DNA of 64,000 bases from Heterodontus francisci (Eukaryota). The translations under genes were made by a program, and so were the position numbers. How positions within the stretch are numbered: the first letter of the stretch is position 1; every line of letters begins with the position of its first letter. This document shows positions 50,390-64,000 of the stretch, in pieces. Below the pieces are notes generated by a model. That model had not been told where the DNA came from, did not search any database, and saw nothing but the letters and a program-made list of their open reading frames with translations. The stretch covers positions 10,539,558-10,603,557 of the forward strand of contig NC_090399.1 of NCBI RefSeq assembly GCF_036365525.1, written 5' to 3'.

Positions 50390-52385
50390 ATATCAATATT
50401 GTATCAACTTTATAGCATAACTCGTTAAATACTTAATATAACTACAAATTATCATTGAGTGATATTTCTAAACTTGAAACCTTAATTAGATAAATAAAAG
50501 ACAATACAGATGGCGGGGCAGGTGATGTATTGCAGCTGTAGTATGTGTGAGCTGATGGACATCAATGTGGTAACGATACAGGCACCATATCTGCAGTAAG
50601 TGTCTGCAGCTTGAGGAACTCCGGCTCAGAGTTAATGAGCTGGAGCCTGAGCTTCAGACCCTGCGATGCACCAGGGAGGGGGAAAGTTACCTGGACACTT
50701 TGGGCTAGATCCCATCTTGCCGCCGCCGTACTCAGCGGCGGCTATAAAAGATGGCGGCCTGCTGGCGCGGGTTCCACTTCGCGGAGGTGCCGCGATCTTA
50801 TGTATGGCAGCTCATTAACATGGCCGGGGCAGACCACCCTCCCTGATTACGGCAGGACGGGCCCTGCCGGTGTCGAAATCTGCGGCGTGCCTCATCCGGG
50901 GCAACCTTCATGCCCCCTTATCACAGATCCTGACATCGAGGCCCCTATAAAATCCAGCCCTTTGTTTCAGGAGGCAGTTACATCCCTTAGACTAGGGCCT
51001 TCTGATTCGGTCCATGGTCAGGGACGGGGGCGGGCGGCGGGGGGGGAGGGGGGTGACTGCGAGTGAGGGAGGTATGGAGATTGAGAAGGTAGCAATGGAG
51101 GAGCCTCAGCCCTTGCAATTCTCCAATAGGTTTGAGTTCTTGCAATATGTATGGATGAGAGTGGGGGCTGCAGTGAGGATGAGCAAACTGACTACAGCAC
51201 TGTGGTGCAGGAGTGGGGGGAGGAAAGGAATGTATTTGTAGTAGGGGGCAGTATAATTAGGGAGATAGATACTGTTCTCTGCAGCTGAGAGTGAGAGTCC
51301 TGAAGGCTGTGTTGCCTGCCCTGTGGCAGGTGTGGAACCTGAGGCGAGCCACCCTTGGACAAGGGGTGTGGGTTTGCCTGGTCAGTATATTTCTCACACT
51401 AAGTGTTCCTTAGGAATGTGTCATATCTGGGTGATGAGATAAGAAGAGTGTTGTTGAAGCATAATGTCTCTTTCTGTTATTGCACTGTACCAGCTGCAAG
51501 GCCAATGGTGAGATAGATATGTAAACGAAGGATTGAAAATTACTGTATCTTATTCGTTTAGAGCAAAAACTGAATTGTAATATTATTGGTGCTTTAGAGT
51601 GCAAATTAAAGATTGAACTATTGTTGTAAGATTATTGGTTGCAGAATAGTATAATTGCCATTGTTTTACTGAAATTCTTCAGAACATCGCACTGAGTCTC
51701 AATGTGAGCTCTACTGTGTTTGTTCTCCTTGTGCACAAGTTAATAAAGTAGGTTGCGAGTACTCGCCGTGCCAAGTCTGTTTATTTTACTACAGTTTCTT
51801 CGACACAGGGTTCGGAAGATCTTCTCAGGGTTGGAGAGGAACTTGGAGTGGGAGGGCGAGGATTCAGTTGTTGTGGTCCATGTGAGTACAACGACATAGG
51901 TAGAACTAAGAAAGAGGTTCTTCTGAGGGAGTATGAGCAGCTAGGGGTTAAATTAAAAAGCAGAATCACAAATGCAATAATCTCTGGATTACTACCTGAG
52001 CCACAAGATACAGAGATGAATGTATGGCTCAAAGATTGGTGTGGGAGGAATGGCTTTCGATTCATAGGGCACTGGCACTAGTACTGGGGAAAGAGTAAGC
52101 TCTACCATTGGGATGGTCTTCGCCTGAAACGTGCTGGGACCAGTGTCTTGGTGAGTCGTATATTGAGGGAGGTAGAGAAGGCTTTAAACTAAATAGTGAG
52201 GGGGTTCAGGTGGGGGGAAACTTAGAATGTTAACACAAAAGGACAAGTCAATATTGCAGGGTAGCGATACTGTGGCAGGAAGGGACAGAGCATACAAACA
52301 TAAGAATGCACCAACATATAGGGTCAGAGTCAGGAAAAATGGTAAAAAGGCAGAATTAAACACTCTCTATCTGAATGCAAAGAAA
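50390..52385 (+). mobile_element. CR1 5' region / ORF1 relic (Cys-rich, leucine zipper, SGNH-esterase-like), interrupted by a MITE and a solo LTR
   Basis: C.KCLQLEELRLRV.ELE; VVGGSII..ID; NDIGRTKKEVL...IISGLLP..NVWLKDWC...GFRFIGHW. Confidence 0.75.
51331..51805 (+). mobile_element. Solo LTR (475 bp) with CAGG TSD
   Basis: TGTGGAA...TTCGACA termini; CAGG at 51327-51330 and 51806-51809; AATAAA at 51742; host CR1 ORF1 rejoins when the element is removed. Confidence 0.8.
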
Positions 52386-52847
52386 ATCAGATAAATATCT
52401 GAAGAGAAAAAATTTGCAGGGCAATGGAGAAAAGACAGGGGAGTGGGACTAGGTGAGTTGCCAGCATGGATATGATGGGCCAAATGGCCTCCTTCTGTGC
52501 TGTAGCCATTCTATGATTCTGTGATATGGTTAGACCACACTTGGAGTACAGTGTGCTATTCTGGTTTCCATATCACAAAAAGGATATAGAAAAAACAGAA
52601 GAAGATGTAAAAATATTTATAAGAATACCAGAACTGAGAGGTTAGTACTATTGAGAAAGATTAAACAGCCTGAGGCTCTTTTCTCCAGAAAAGAGATCAA
52701 AATGTGATCTTGCTGGAGATCTTTAAAGATACAAAGGTATTTGATAGCATAGAGATAGTGAAGATGCTTTCACTTGTGAGGAGCCACGAACAAATCCAAT
52801 GGGAAATTCAGGAGAAACGTTGTTACCTAGAGAGTGGTGAGAATGTG

Positions 52848-54050
52848 TCATGTCTTTCCTATCCTGAGTGGTGTGAAACAGGGCCGTGTTCTCGCACCCA
52901 CACTTTTTGGGATTTTCTTCTCCCTGTTGCTTTCACATGCGTTCAAGTCCTCTGAAGAAGGAATTTTCCTCCACACAAAATCAGGGGGCAGGTTGTTCAA
53001 CCTTGCCCGTCTAAGAGCGAAGTCCAAAGTACGGAAAGTCCTCATCAGGGAACACCTCTTTGCTGACGATGCTGCTTTAACATCTCACACTGAAGAGTGC
53101 CTGCACAGTCTCATCGACAGGTTTGCGGCTGCCTGCAACGAATTTGGCCCAACCATCAGCCTCAAGAAAACGAACATCATGGGGCAGGACGTCAGAAATG
53201 CTCCATCCATCAATATTGGTGACCACGCTCTGGAAGTGGTTCAAGAGTTCACCTACCTAGGCTCAACTATCGCCAGTAACCTGTCTCTAGATGCAGAAAT
53301 CAACAAGCGCATGGGAAAGGCTTCCACTGCTATGTCCAGACTGGCCAAGAGAGTGTGGGAAAATGGCGCACTGACACGGAACACAAAAGTCCGAGTGTAT
53401 CAAGCCTGCGTCCTCAGTACCTTGCTCTATTGCAGCGAGGCCTGGACAACGTATGTCAGCCAAGAGCGACGTCTCAATTCATTCCATCTTCACTGCCTCT
53501 GGAGAATACTTGGCATCAGGTGGCAGGACCGTATCTCCAACACAGAAGTCCTCGAGGCGGCCAACATCTCCAGCTTATACACACTACTGAGTCAGCGGCG
53601 CTTGAGCTGGCTTGGCCATGTGAGCCGCATGGAAGATGGCAGGATCCCCAAAGACACATTGTACAGCGAGCTCGCCACTGGTATCAGACCCACCGGCCGT
53701 CCATGTCTCCGCTTTAAAGACGTCTGCAAACGCGACATGAAGTCCTGTGACATTGATCACAAGTCATGGGAGTCAGTTGCCAGCGTTCGCCAGAGCTGGC
53801 GGGCAGCCATAAAGGCGGGGCTAAAGTGTTGCGAGTCGAAGAGACTTAGCAGTTGGCAGGAAAAAAGACAGAGGCGCAAAGGGAGAGCCAACTGTGTAAC
53901 AACCCCGACAAACAAATTTTTCTGCAGCACCTGTGGAAGAGCCTGTCACTCTAGAATTGGCCTTTATAGCCACTCCAGGCGCTGCTTCACAAACCACTGA
54001 CCACCTCCAGGCGCGTATCCATTGTCTCTCGAGATAAAGAGGCCAAAGAA
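52848..54050 (+). mobile_element. Young 5'-truncated RTE (BovB-like) LINE with open RT C-terminal ORF
   Basis: GVKQG.VLAPTLF, LFADD, EFTYLGS, WLGHV.RM, C-terminal CxxC..H..C; 12-bp TSD GGTGAGAATGTG (52836-52847 / 54051-54062). Confidence 0.95.
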
Positions 54051-54779
54051 GGTGAGAATGTGGAACTCAATACCACAGGCAGTGGTTGAGGCAAATAGCA
54101 TCGATGCCTTTAAGGGAAAGCTAGATATGTAGATGATAAAGAAAGGAATAGAAGGATCAGATTGAGATGAAGTGGGTGCAAAGAGGCTCGCTTGTTGCAC
54201 GAGTATCAGCACGGACCTGTTGGGCCGAATGGTCTGTTTCTGTGTTGAACGGTCTATATAATTTTTAACTAGGGTGTTATCCCCCCCTCCATTAAAGTAA
54301 CAGACGGAAGGGTGCCACATTATCCTTTTTATTAATGCATAGAATATGGGCATCAGTGGCCAGGCAAGCATTTATTGCCCATCTCTAACTGCCCTCAAGA
54401 GGGTAGTGGTGAGCAGTCTTCATTGAATGACCATTTCAGAGGGCAGTTAAGGGTCAACTGCATTGCTGTAGGTTTGAGGTCACATATAGACCAGACCAGG
54501 TAAGGACAGCAGATATTCTTCCTAGAGGACATTATGTGAGCTAGATGGGTTTTTACAACAATCCGGTAGCTTCATAGTCACCGTTACAGACACTAGCTTT
54601 TTTTTAATCCAAATTAATTGCAATTAAATTTCCCTGTAACTACCATAGCACTTGAACTCAACTCTGGCTGATTAGTCTAGGCCTCTGGATTGCTAGCCCA
54701 GTAACATAACCGCTATGCTACCAGGTTGCTAGCCTCGCAGCTACATAATGATATAGGACTTCTTGATTAGCTTATTACG

Positions 54780-56020
54780 AACATACGAACATGCAAACAT
54801 GCAATTAGGAGTAGAAGTAGACCATTCGGCCCCTCTAGCCTGCTCCACCATTCAATAAGATCATGGATGATCGGTTTGTGTCTCGAATTCCACAGTCCCA
54901 TCTACCCCCGGTAACCATTGATTCCCTTGCCTAACAAGAATCTATCTACCTCCACCTTAAAAATATTCAATGACCCCACCTCCACTACCATCTGAGGCAG
55001 AGAGTTCCAAAGTCGTACAACATACTGAGAGAAAACATTTCTTCTCATCTCTGTCCTAAAAAGGACAACCCCTAATAATAAAACAGTGACCCCAAGTTCT
55101 GGACTCACCCACAAGAGGAAACATCCTCTCCACATTCACCTTATCAAGACCGTTCAGGATCTTACAAACTTCAATCAAGTCTCCTCTCACTCTTCTAAAC
55201 TCCAGTGAAAACAAGCCCAGTCTGTCCACTCTTTCCTCATAAGATAACCTGCTCATTCCAGATGTCAATCTAATAAACCTCCTCTGAACCGCCTCCAATG
55301 CATTTACATCATTCCTTAAATAAAGGAGACCAAAGCTGTACACAGTATTCGAGATGTGGTTTCACCAATGCTCTGTATAACTGAAGCATAACATCCTTAC
55401 TTTTATTTTCAATTCCTCTCATAATAAATGATAGCATTCCATTAGCCTTTTTTATTACCTGCTGCACCTGCTTGCTAACCTTTTGTGACTCGTGCATTAG
55501 AACACCTAGATCCCTCTGCACCTCGGAATTCTGCAGTCGTTCTCCATTTAAGTAATACTCTGCTTTTTTATTCTTTCTGCCAAAGTGAGCAACTTCACAT
55601 TTTCCCATATTAAATTCCATCTGCCAGATTTCTGCCCACTCACTCAACCTATCTTTATTGGTCTGCAAGCCCCTTATGACCTCTTCACAACATACTTTCA
55701 TACCTATCTTTGTGTCATCTGCAAATTTATCGACCATGCCATTGCTCCCCTCACCTAAGTCATTGTTATAGTTTGTAAAAAGTTGAGTCCCCAGCACAGA
55801 CCCCTGCGGGATTCCACTCGTCACATCCTGCCAATCAGAAAAGGACCCATTTATGCATACTCTCTGTTTTCTGCCAGCCAGCCAATCTTCTATACATGCT
55901 AATATGTTACCGCTTACACCATGAGCTCCTACTTTGAACAATAACCTATTATGTGACACCTTGTCAAATGCCTTCTGGAAATCCATGTACAGTACATCAA
56001 CGGGCTTCTCTTCATCCATG
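54780..56020 (-). mobile_element. CR1 LINE 3' half
   Basis: YMDFQKAFDKV, GIPQGSVLG, KFADDTK, LVKPHLEYC. Confidence 0.92.
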
Positions 56021-58070
56021 TCATTCTTTCAAAGAACTCCTGGCTTACTGGAGCAGCTCATGCTTCTACTTCCTGTTTCCAAGCCCTGGAGTTATTCTTC
56101 AGTTCACCAACAGTAATCTTTCTTTCTGGTCAACCATCCCTTAACCAGACAGATTAACTGCTCATTCATCTCATCCCTGTTTGTGGGATCTTGCTGTGTA
56201 CAAATTGACTGCCATGTCTGCCTACAAAACACCAGTGACCACAGTTCATAAAGAATCCACTAGCTATGAACACCTTCAAGGAATCTTGAGGCTATGAACG
56301 ATGTCATATAAATTCTCGAGCCTTCCTTCTTACTCATATTTTCTCATTGTCTTCCAAATAACAACTTGTACGTACTGTATTGTTAAAATATATTTCTTCG
56401 ACTTAAACCGGCGGCTTAACCAACAATAACTTGCATTTATATAGCATCTTTAATATAGTAAACCTTTCCAAGGGCGCTTCACAGGAACGTTACCAGACAT
56501 AAATTGACACTGAGCCATGTAAGATGTAGGACCGATGACCAAAACCTTGCTCGTAGAAGTTTTAAGGAGCAATTTAAATGAGGGGAGTGAGGCGGAGACG
56601 TTTAGGGAGGGAATTCCAGTGTTTAAGGCTTGGGCAGCTGAAGGCACAGCCACCAATGGTGGAGCGATGAATATGACCAATACTCAAGAAGCCAGAATTG
56701 GAGCAGTGTGGAAATCTAGGTGTCGTGAAAGACTGGAGGAGACTGTAGGGGTAGGGAGGCAATCTTGTAATGGCGAAGATTCCTGTGCCCTCAGACAGCT
56801 CCATGCAGTTTAATGGAGGCTGCACCTCTGGACGTGCCTGGCAGCTGATCTCGAGCTACTTGGCCCTCGGTAAGTCACATTGCTCCAGGTTTTCCCATAG
56901 AAAGTGTGCACTGGGCATGGCCAATCAGTGCTGAACACATAGCAATAGCCCAACATGGAATTGCCACTGCAGGACAGAAGCAGATACGAGGGGAAAGATC
57001 AGGCAGAGAGGAATTAATGCGTGGGAGGAAAAAGAAGGAAATTTGCAATGTGTCAAGCATTCACATTTTCCATTCCATTTTCTCCCAGAAAAGGCATGAG
57101 TAACATCTTGGGATTCTCCAGTCTTGGGCATGAAAGGGCGAGTTTAAAAAATCCCCCATTTCACTTCCTCTTGACAAAGCACCACATGATAGACTTGTTG
57201 GCAAAATTAACGCCTATGGGCATAAAACTAATGCGATAGCTCTGTCAAAGAAAGATGACAAGACTTACATTTGTATAGCACCTTTCACAACCTCAGGGTG
57301 TCCCAACGAACTTTACAGCCAAATGAGTTACTTTAGAAGTGCAGTCACTATTGTAATGTAGGAGGCATGGCAGGCAATCTGTGCACAGCAAGCTCCCACA
57401 AACAGCAGTGTGATAATGACCAGATCATCCACTTTTAGTAATGTTAGCCGAAGGATAAATATTGACCAGGACACTGGGAGAACGCTCCCGCTCTTCTTTG
57501 AGATAATACCCACCTGAGAGGGCAGACGAAGCCTTGGTTTAACATCTCACCTGAAAGACACCACAGACAGGATGGGCTGAATGGCTCCTTCTGATTCTAT
57601 GAAAGCCTTATTACTGGAAGAATAGGCCTGTGTCTTAGGATATCAATCACTGATCATACAGCAATCTACCGCGCTTTGGACCAGACAGTCTGGTTTCTGA
57701 ATGGTTGGTGCAGGAAGTTTGAAATGGAACCCAAGAGCCTTATCAAGTGATAGCTACATGTAAGAATTTTCGACATCTAACTGAGATGTTGATCCTGTTT
57801 GTATATCGATGTTCAAGATCGCATGGCACTTTTACAAAACAGAGCAAGGATTTTTCCCAGTACCCTGGGCAACATTCCTCTCTCATACAGCACCAATGTA
57901 AACAGATCAAATGGTCATATACAGGGTTTTAATGCAAACCAATTAAGAAGTGCAGTAAAACAGGAAGTTAAACCAACTATCTATGTGTGCATGTGTATCT
58001 GTGTCTGTGTATATCTGTATGTGTGTATATTTGTATATGACTCTCTGTGTGTGTTTTTATATGTGTATAT

Positions 58071-58775
58071 CAAGTCGCTGAAGGTAAGCATGCGGGTCCA
58101 ACAGGCGGTAAAAAAGGCAAATGGTATGTTGGCCTTCATAGCGAGAGGATTCGAGTACAGGAGCAGGGATGTCTTGCTGCAATTATACAGGGCCTTGGTG
58201 AGACCACACCTGGAATATTGTGTGCAGTTTTGGTCTCCTTATCTGAGGAAGGATGTTCTTGTGAGAGAGAGAATGCAGCGAAGGTTTACCAGACTGATTC
58301 CTGGGATGGTGGGATTGACGTATGAGGAGAGATTGAGTCGATTCGGATTATATTTGCTGGAGACCAGAAGAGTGAGGGGGGATCTCATAGAAACCTATAA
58401 AATTCTAACAAGACTTGACAGGGTAGATGCAGGAAGGATGTTCCTGATGGTGGGGGAGTCCCGAACCAGTGGTCATAGTCTAAGGATAGGGGTAAACCTT
58501 TCAGGACTGTGATGAGGAGAAATTTCTTCACCCAGAGAGTGATGAGCCTGTGGAATTTGCTACCACAGAAAGCAGTTGAGGCCAAAACATTGTCTGTTTT
58601 CAAGAAGGAATTAGATATAGCTCTTGGGGTGAAAGGGATCAAAGGATATGGGGGGAAGGGGGGAAAGCGGGAAGAGGTTACTGAGTTGGATGATCAGCCA
58701 TGATCATAATGAATGGTGGAGCAGGCTTGAAGGGCCGAATGGCCTACTCCTGCTCCTATTTTCTATGTTTCTATG
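58071..58775 (+). mobile_element. CR1 LINE 3' fragment inserted in TG-rich simple repeat
   Basis: LLQLYRALVRPHLEYCVQFWSPYLRKD; TTTCTATG tail. Confidence 0.92.
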
Positions 58776-59270
58776 TTTGTGCGTGTATGCATGTGTGAAT
58801 GTGTATCTGTGTAAATGTTTGTGTCTGTGTATGTGTCTATCTGTGCGTCTGTGTATCTGTTTGTGTGTGTGTGTTAGTGAAATTATAAACACAGTGGGAA
58901 GATTCCCTCTGTTCTGTGTATGTTTGTGTCTGTGTGTGTCTTAGTGACATTATACACTCAACAGGAAGGTTCCCTCTGCTCTGTGTGTTGAATATGTGTG
59001 TGTTAGTGACATTAAAAACTCAGCAGAAGATTCCCTCTGGTCTGTGTAAGCATGTGTATCTGTATGTGTGTACGTATGTCTGTCTGTCTGTGTGTGTGTG
59101 TGTGTGTATCTGTGTGTTAGTGACCTTTTTAACACAGTGAGAAGAGTCCCTCTTTCCTATATATATGTGTATGTATCTGTCTCTGTGCATGTGTGTGGAT
59201 CTGCGTATGCATGTGTGTTTTTGTGTATGTATATGTCTTTGTGCGTGTCTGTGTTTGTATATGTGTGTCA
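58776..59270 (+). repeat. (TG)n-rich simple repeat containing about 4 degenerate copies of TTAGTGA...GAAGATTCCCTCT
   Basis: Units near 58870, 58940, 59000 and 59115; similar TG tracts at 57980-58070 and 63665-63834. Confidence 0.8.
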
Positions 59271-62200
59271 TAGAGTCATAGAGTCATCTCCAGCACAGAA
59301 GGAGGCCATTTGGCCCATCAGGTCCATGCCGGCTCTCCACAGAGCTATCCAATCAGTGTCACTCCCCCACTCGATCCCCGTGGCCCTGCAAGTCTATTTC
59401 CTTCAATGGCCCATCCAATTTCCATTTGAAATCATTGATTTTTTTTCCACTTTCACCACCTTTGTGGGCAGCGAGTTCCAGGTCATTACCATCCGCTGTG
59501 CAAAAAAAGTGCTTCCTCATATTCCCCCAGCATCTCTTGCCCAAAACCTTCAATCTCTGTCTCCTAGACCTTGTACCCTTTGTTAATTGAAACAGTTTTT
59601 CGTTGTCTAACTCATCTAAACCTGTCATAATCTTGTACATTCCGACCAAATCTCCCCTCAATCTCCAACCATAGCTTGGAGAACAACCATAGCTTTTCCA
59701 ACCTTATCTTGTGACTAAAATCCTCCATTCCCGGAACCATTCTGATAAATCTCCTCTGCACCCTCTCAAGGACCCTCACATCCTTCCTGAAATGTGGTGA
59801 CCAGAACTGGATGCAATACTCCAACTGGGCATAACCAGAGCTTTATAAAGCTTCAGCATATTTTCCTGCTTTTGTACTCAATGCCTTTATTTATGAAACC
59901 CAAGATCCCATATGCTTTACTAACTGCTCTCTCAGTATGTCCTGCAACCTTCAAAGATCTATGCACATGCACCCCCAGGTCCCTCTGTTTCTGCACGCTC
60001 TTTAGAACTGTGCCATAAGTGTATGTTCCTTATTCCTTCTGCCAAAATGCATCACCTCACACTTGTCAGTATTAAATTCCATCTGCCACCTCTCTGCCCA
60101 TTCCGCTAGCCTATCTATGCCCTGTTGCAGGTGGTTCATATCATCCTCACTGTTTGCCACACCTCCAGGTTTGGTATCAACAGAAAATTCTGCTCTGTAT
60201 TCCAAGATCCAAGTCATTTATATATAGCAAAAAAAGCAGTGGTGCTAGCATTGACCCTTGGGGAACATCACTGTCTACCATCCTCCAGTCTGAATAACAA
60301 CCATTTACCATGACTGGCTGTTTTCTGTCCTTGAGCCAATTTTTTTTTTATCCAATTGGACACTGACCCTCCTATTCCATGAGCCTCAATTTTGTTAACC
60401 ATCCTTTTATGTGGTACTTTATCAAATGCTTTCTTAAAATCCATATGGACAACATCTACCACATTCCCTTCATCAACCTTCTCTGTTATTTCATCAAAAA
60501 ATTCAATTAGATTAGTCAAGCATGATCTGCCTTTTACAAATCTGTGCTGGCTTTCCTTAATTAACTTGAATCTCTCCAAGCGCGTTTTGAGGTTTTCCCT
60601 GATTACTGTTTCTAAAACCTTACCCATCACTCACGTTAAACTAACTGGCCTGTAGTTACTAGGACTGTCCTTACACCCTTTCTTGAATAAGGGTATCACA
60701 TTTGACACTCTCCTATCTTCTGGTACCTCCGCTATATCCAGGGAAGATTGAAAGATTATGACTAGCCCTCCCACTATCTCCATCCCCACTTCCTTTAGCA
60801 ACCTGGGATATAAGCCATCTGGACCAGGTGACTTATCTACCCTAAGCATAGCCAGCCTTTCTAGTACCTCTGCATTCTCAATTTTTACCCTATGCATTGC
60901 CTCTACCCTCTCTGCTTCTACTGATATTTTGTCACATTTCTCTACCTTAGTAAACAGCGATACAAAGTACTCATTAAGCATTCTAGCCTTGCCCTGTACC
61001 TCTAAGCATATATAACTTCCTAATAGACCCACGCCACCTCTTACTACCTGCTTACTACCTACATTTTGGGATTTTCTTCTCCCTGCTGCTTTCACATGCG
61101 TTCAAGTCTTCTGAAGAAGGAATTTTCCTCCACACAAGATCAGGGGGCAGGTTGTTCAACCTTGCCCGTCTAAGAGCGAAGTCCAAAGTACGGAAAGTCC
61201 TCATCAAGGAAATCCTCTTTGCTGACGATGCTGCTTTAACATCTCACACTGAAGAGTGCCTGCAGAGTCTCATCGACAGGTTTGCGTCTGCCTGCAATGA
61301 ATTTGGCCTAACCATCAGCCTCAAGAAAACGAACATCATGGGGCAGGACGTCAGAAATGCTCCATCCATCAATATTGGCGACCACGCTCTGGAAGTGGTT
61401 CAAGAGTTCACCTACCTAGGCTCAACTATCACCAGTAACCTGTCTCTTGATACAGAAATCAACAAGCGCATGGGAAAGGCTTCCACTGCTATGTCAAGAC
61501 TGGCCAAGAGAGTGTGGGAAAATGGCGCACTGACACGGAACACAAAAGTCCGAGTGTATCAAGCCTGCGTCCTCAGTACCTTGCTCTATGGCAGCGAGGC
61601 CTGGACAATGTATGTCAGCCAAGAGCGACGTCTCAATTTATTCCATCTTCGCTGCCTCCGGAGAATACTTGGCATCAGGTGGCAGGACCGTATCTCCAAC
61701 ACAGAAGTCCTCGAGGCGGCCAACATCTCCAGCTTATACACACTACTGAGTCAGCGGCGCTTGAGATGGCTTGGCCATGTGAGCCGCATGGAAGATGGCA
61801 GGATCCCCAAAGACACATTGTACAGCGAGCTCGCCATTGGTATCAGACCCACCAGCCGTCCATGTCACCGCTTTAAAGACGTCTGCAAACGCGACATGAA
61901 GTCCTGTGACATTGATCACAAGTCGTGGGAGTCAGTTGCCAGCGTTCGCCAGAGTTGGCGGGCAACCATAAAGGCGGCGCTAAAGAGTGGCGAGTCGAAG
62001 TGTCTTAGCAGTTGGCAGGAAAAAAGACAAAAGCACAAGGGGAGAGCCAACTGTGTAACAGCCCCGACAAACAAATTTTTCTGCAGCACCTGTGGAAGAG
62101 CCTGTCACTCTAGAATTGGCCTTTATAGCCACTCCAGGCGCTGCTCCACACACCACTGACCACCTCCAGGCGCTTACCCATTGTCTCTCGAGATAAGGAG

Positions 62201-63400
62201 GCCAAAGAAGAAGACTACCTACATACTAGTCGAAGATTTTTGGCTTCCCTTTTTATTGACTGCCATGCTATTCTCATATTCTCTTTTATCCAGTCTAATT
62301 GTCCTCTTCACCTCCACTCTCAACCTATTGTATTTGGCCTGGTTCTCACTTGAAGAATTCACCTGACATGCATCATACACCCTCTATTTTTTTGTGTCAT
62401 CATAATCTCTGTCTCCCTTGTCATCCAAGGAGCCCTGTGTTTGGTTTCCCTATCTTTCACACTTGTTGGAATGTACCTAGCCTTTATCTGAAGCTTCTTT
62501 TCCTTAAAGAAAACCCATTGTTCCATTACACTTTTCCCATCAGTCCTTGATTCCATTTAATCCTGGCTAGATCCCTTCTCATCATTTTAAAATTAGCCCT
62601 CTTTCAATCTACCAGTTCTACTTTATATTCTTCCTTGCTTTTCTGCATTGCGCGTCTAAATCTAATGATATGATGATCGCTCTTACCCAAGTGCTCCCCC
62701 ACAGACACTTGGTCCACTTTGGTCCACCTCATTCCCCAGCAGCAGATCCAACAATGCCTCCTTTCTAGCTGGATCAAGAATATACTGATTAAGGAAGTTC
62801 TCCTGAACACATTTCAAGAATTCCTCCCTCACCTTTCCCTTTTCCCAATTGATATTTGGGTAATAAAGTCCCCCAATAACACCATCCTATATTTCTTGCA
62901 CATCTCTGATTTCCCTGCAGATTTTTTCCTCTATCTCTCTCACTACTTAGAGGCCTATAGTATACCCCTCGAAATGTGATCATACCCTCTCTACTTCTCA
63001 ACTCTAACCAAATGGATTTTGTCCCTGCCCCCTCCGGGACATCTCCTCTTTCCGACACCACAATGTCTTCTCTAATCAGTATTGACACCCCAGCTCCCTT
63101 TTTCCTTCCTCTATCTTTTCTGAACACTTTATATCCTTGAATATTAGCACCCAGTCCTCACAATTTTTAAGCCATGTTTCCATTATTGCCACTACATCAT
63201 AATCCCATGTGGCTATTTGTACTTGTAGCTCACCTATCTTATTCACCACACTTTGTGTCTTTACACACATGCATGGTAATCCTGTCTTTGCATTCCTTGT
63301 GGTCCTTCTGAGTCTATCCTTATCTAATGCAGAACGACTCCCTTCTCTAGTACTGTGCAACACTCTCACATAATGCACCTTATTCTTCTTTTCTACTTCT
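59270..63400 (-). mobile_element. Long degenerate CR1 ORF2 (APE endonuclease + RT), interrupted by RTE
   Basis: YDVVAIMETWL, FRKDR..GV.ILIR, SPGPDG, NYRPVSLT, DFKKAFDKV. Confidence 0.9.
61065..62213 (+). mobile_element. Young 5'-truncated RTE (BovB-like) LINE
   Basis: 335-aa open RT ORF, nearly identical to 52848-54050; 11-bp TSD ACTACCTACAT (61054-61064 / 62214-62224). Confidence 0.95.
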
Positions 63401-63834
63401 ATATGCTCTGTGTCTGTGTATATCTGTAGTGTGTGTCTGTGTATATCTGTGTCTGTATGTATATCCCTGAGAACTGTAGCTACTCAGTCATTGAGTTTAT
63501 TCTTGGCTGGGATCAAAAGATTTTTGGATTGGAAGGAAATCAAGGGATATGGGGATAGTGTGGGAAAATGGAGTTGAGATGCAAGATCAGCCAGGATCTT
63601 TTTAAATTGCAGAGCAGTCTCGAGGGGCTGAATGGCCTACTCCTGCTCCTATTTCTTATGTTCTTATATGTGTGTATACATGTATGTGTATGTGTGTGGG
63701 GTGTGTATGCATGTGTGTGTCCATGTGTGTCTCAGTGTGTGTAAGTCTGTGTGTATGTGTGTGTGTATGCCTATGAATCTCTGTGCCTATATGTAAACTG
63801 TAATGTGTGTCTATGTGTGTGTGTGTCTGCATGT

Positions 63835-63962
63835 NNNNNNNNNNNNNNNNNNNNNNNNNNNNNNNNNNNNNNNNNNNNNNNNNNNNNNNNNNNNNNNNNN
63901 NNNNNNNNNNNNNNNNNNNNNNNNNNNNNNNNNNNNNNNNNNNNNNNNNNNNNNNNNNNNNN
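63835..63962. other. Assembly gap (128 N)
   Basis: Run of N. Confidence 1.
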
Positions 63963-64000
63963 AGCCCCCCGATGTCGGGGGTCTTGGTGGGGGTGGCCCG

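Overview
Vertebrate genomic DNA, almost certainly a shark or other elasmobranch, judged from the HE1-like and Deu-type SINEs, CR1/L2/RTE LINEs and gene content. It is about 60-70% repeats by eye, with a 128-N gap near the end. Two multi-exon genes lie in divergent orientation. (1) Minus strand, 3268-8044: an intact six-coding-exon RING/B-box/coiled-coil/PRY-SPRY TRIM gene of about 494 aa. (2) Plus strand, 24455-~39430: a non-rearranging antibody-like gene with leader, a single germline VJ-type V exon, three C1-set exons and an immediate stop (about 458 aa, IgG-like layout, no flanking RSS, D/J segments, canonical TM exon or secretory tail). This matches what I recall of the MHC-linked shark gene UrIg; the assignment is from architecture only and was not checked by search. 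Other notable items: FOXA/HNF1 promoter motifs; unpaired cysteines; a candidate in-frame hydrophobic exon; a T>C-hypermutated (ADAR-like) CR1 fragment; two inverted minisatellite arrays in an Ig intron; a 321-bp inverted duplication next to a SINE; young RTE insertions and solo LTRs with TSDs; and a bipartite CTCF-like site. Exon and TSD coordinates were read by hand; other repeat boundaries are approximate.
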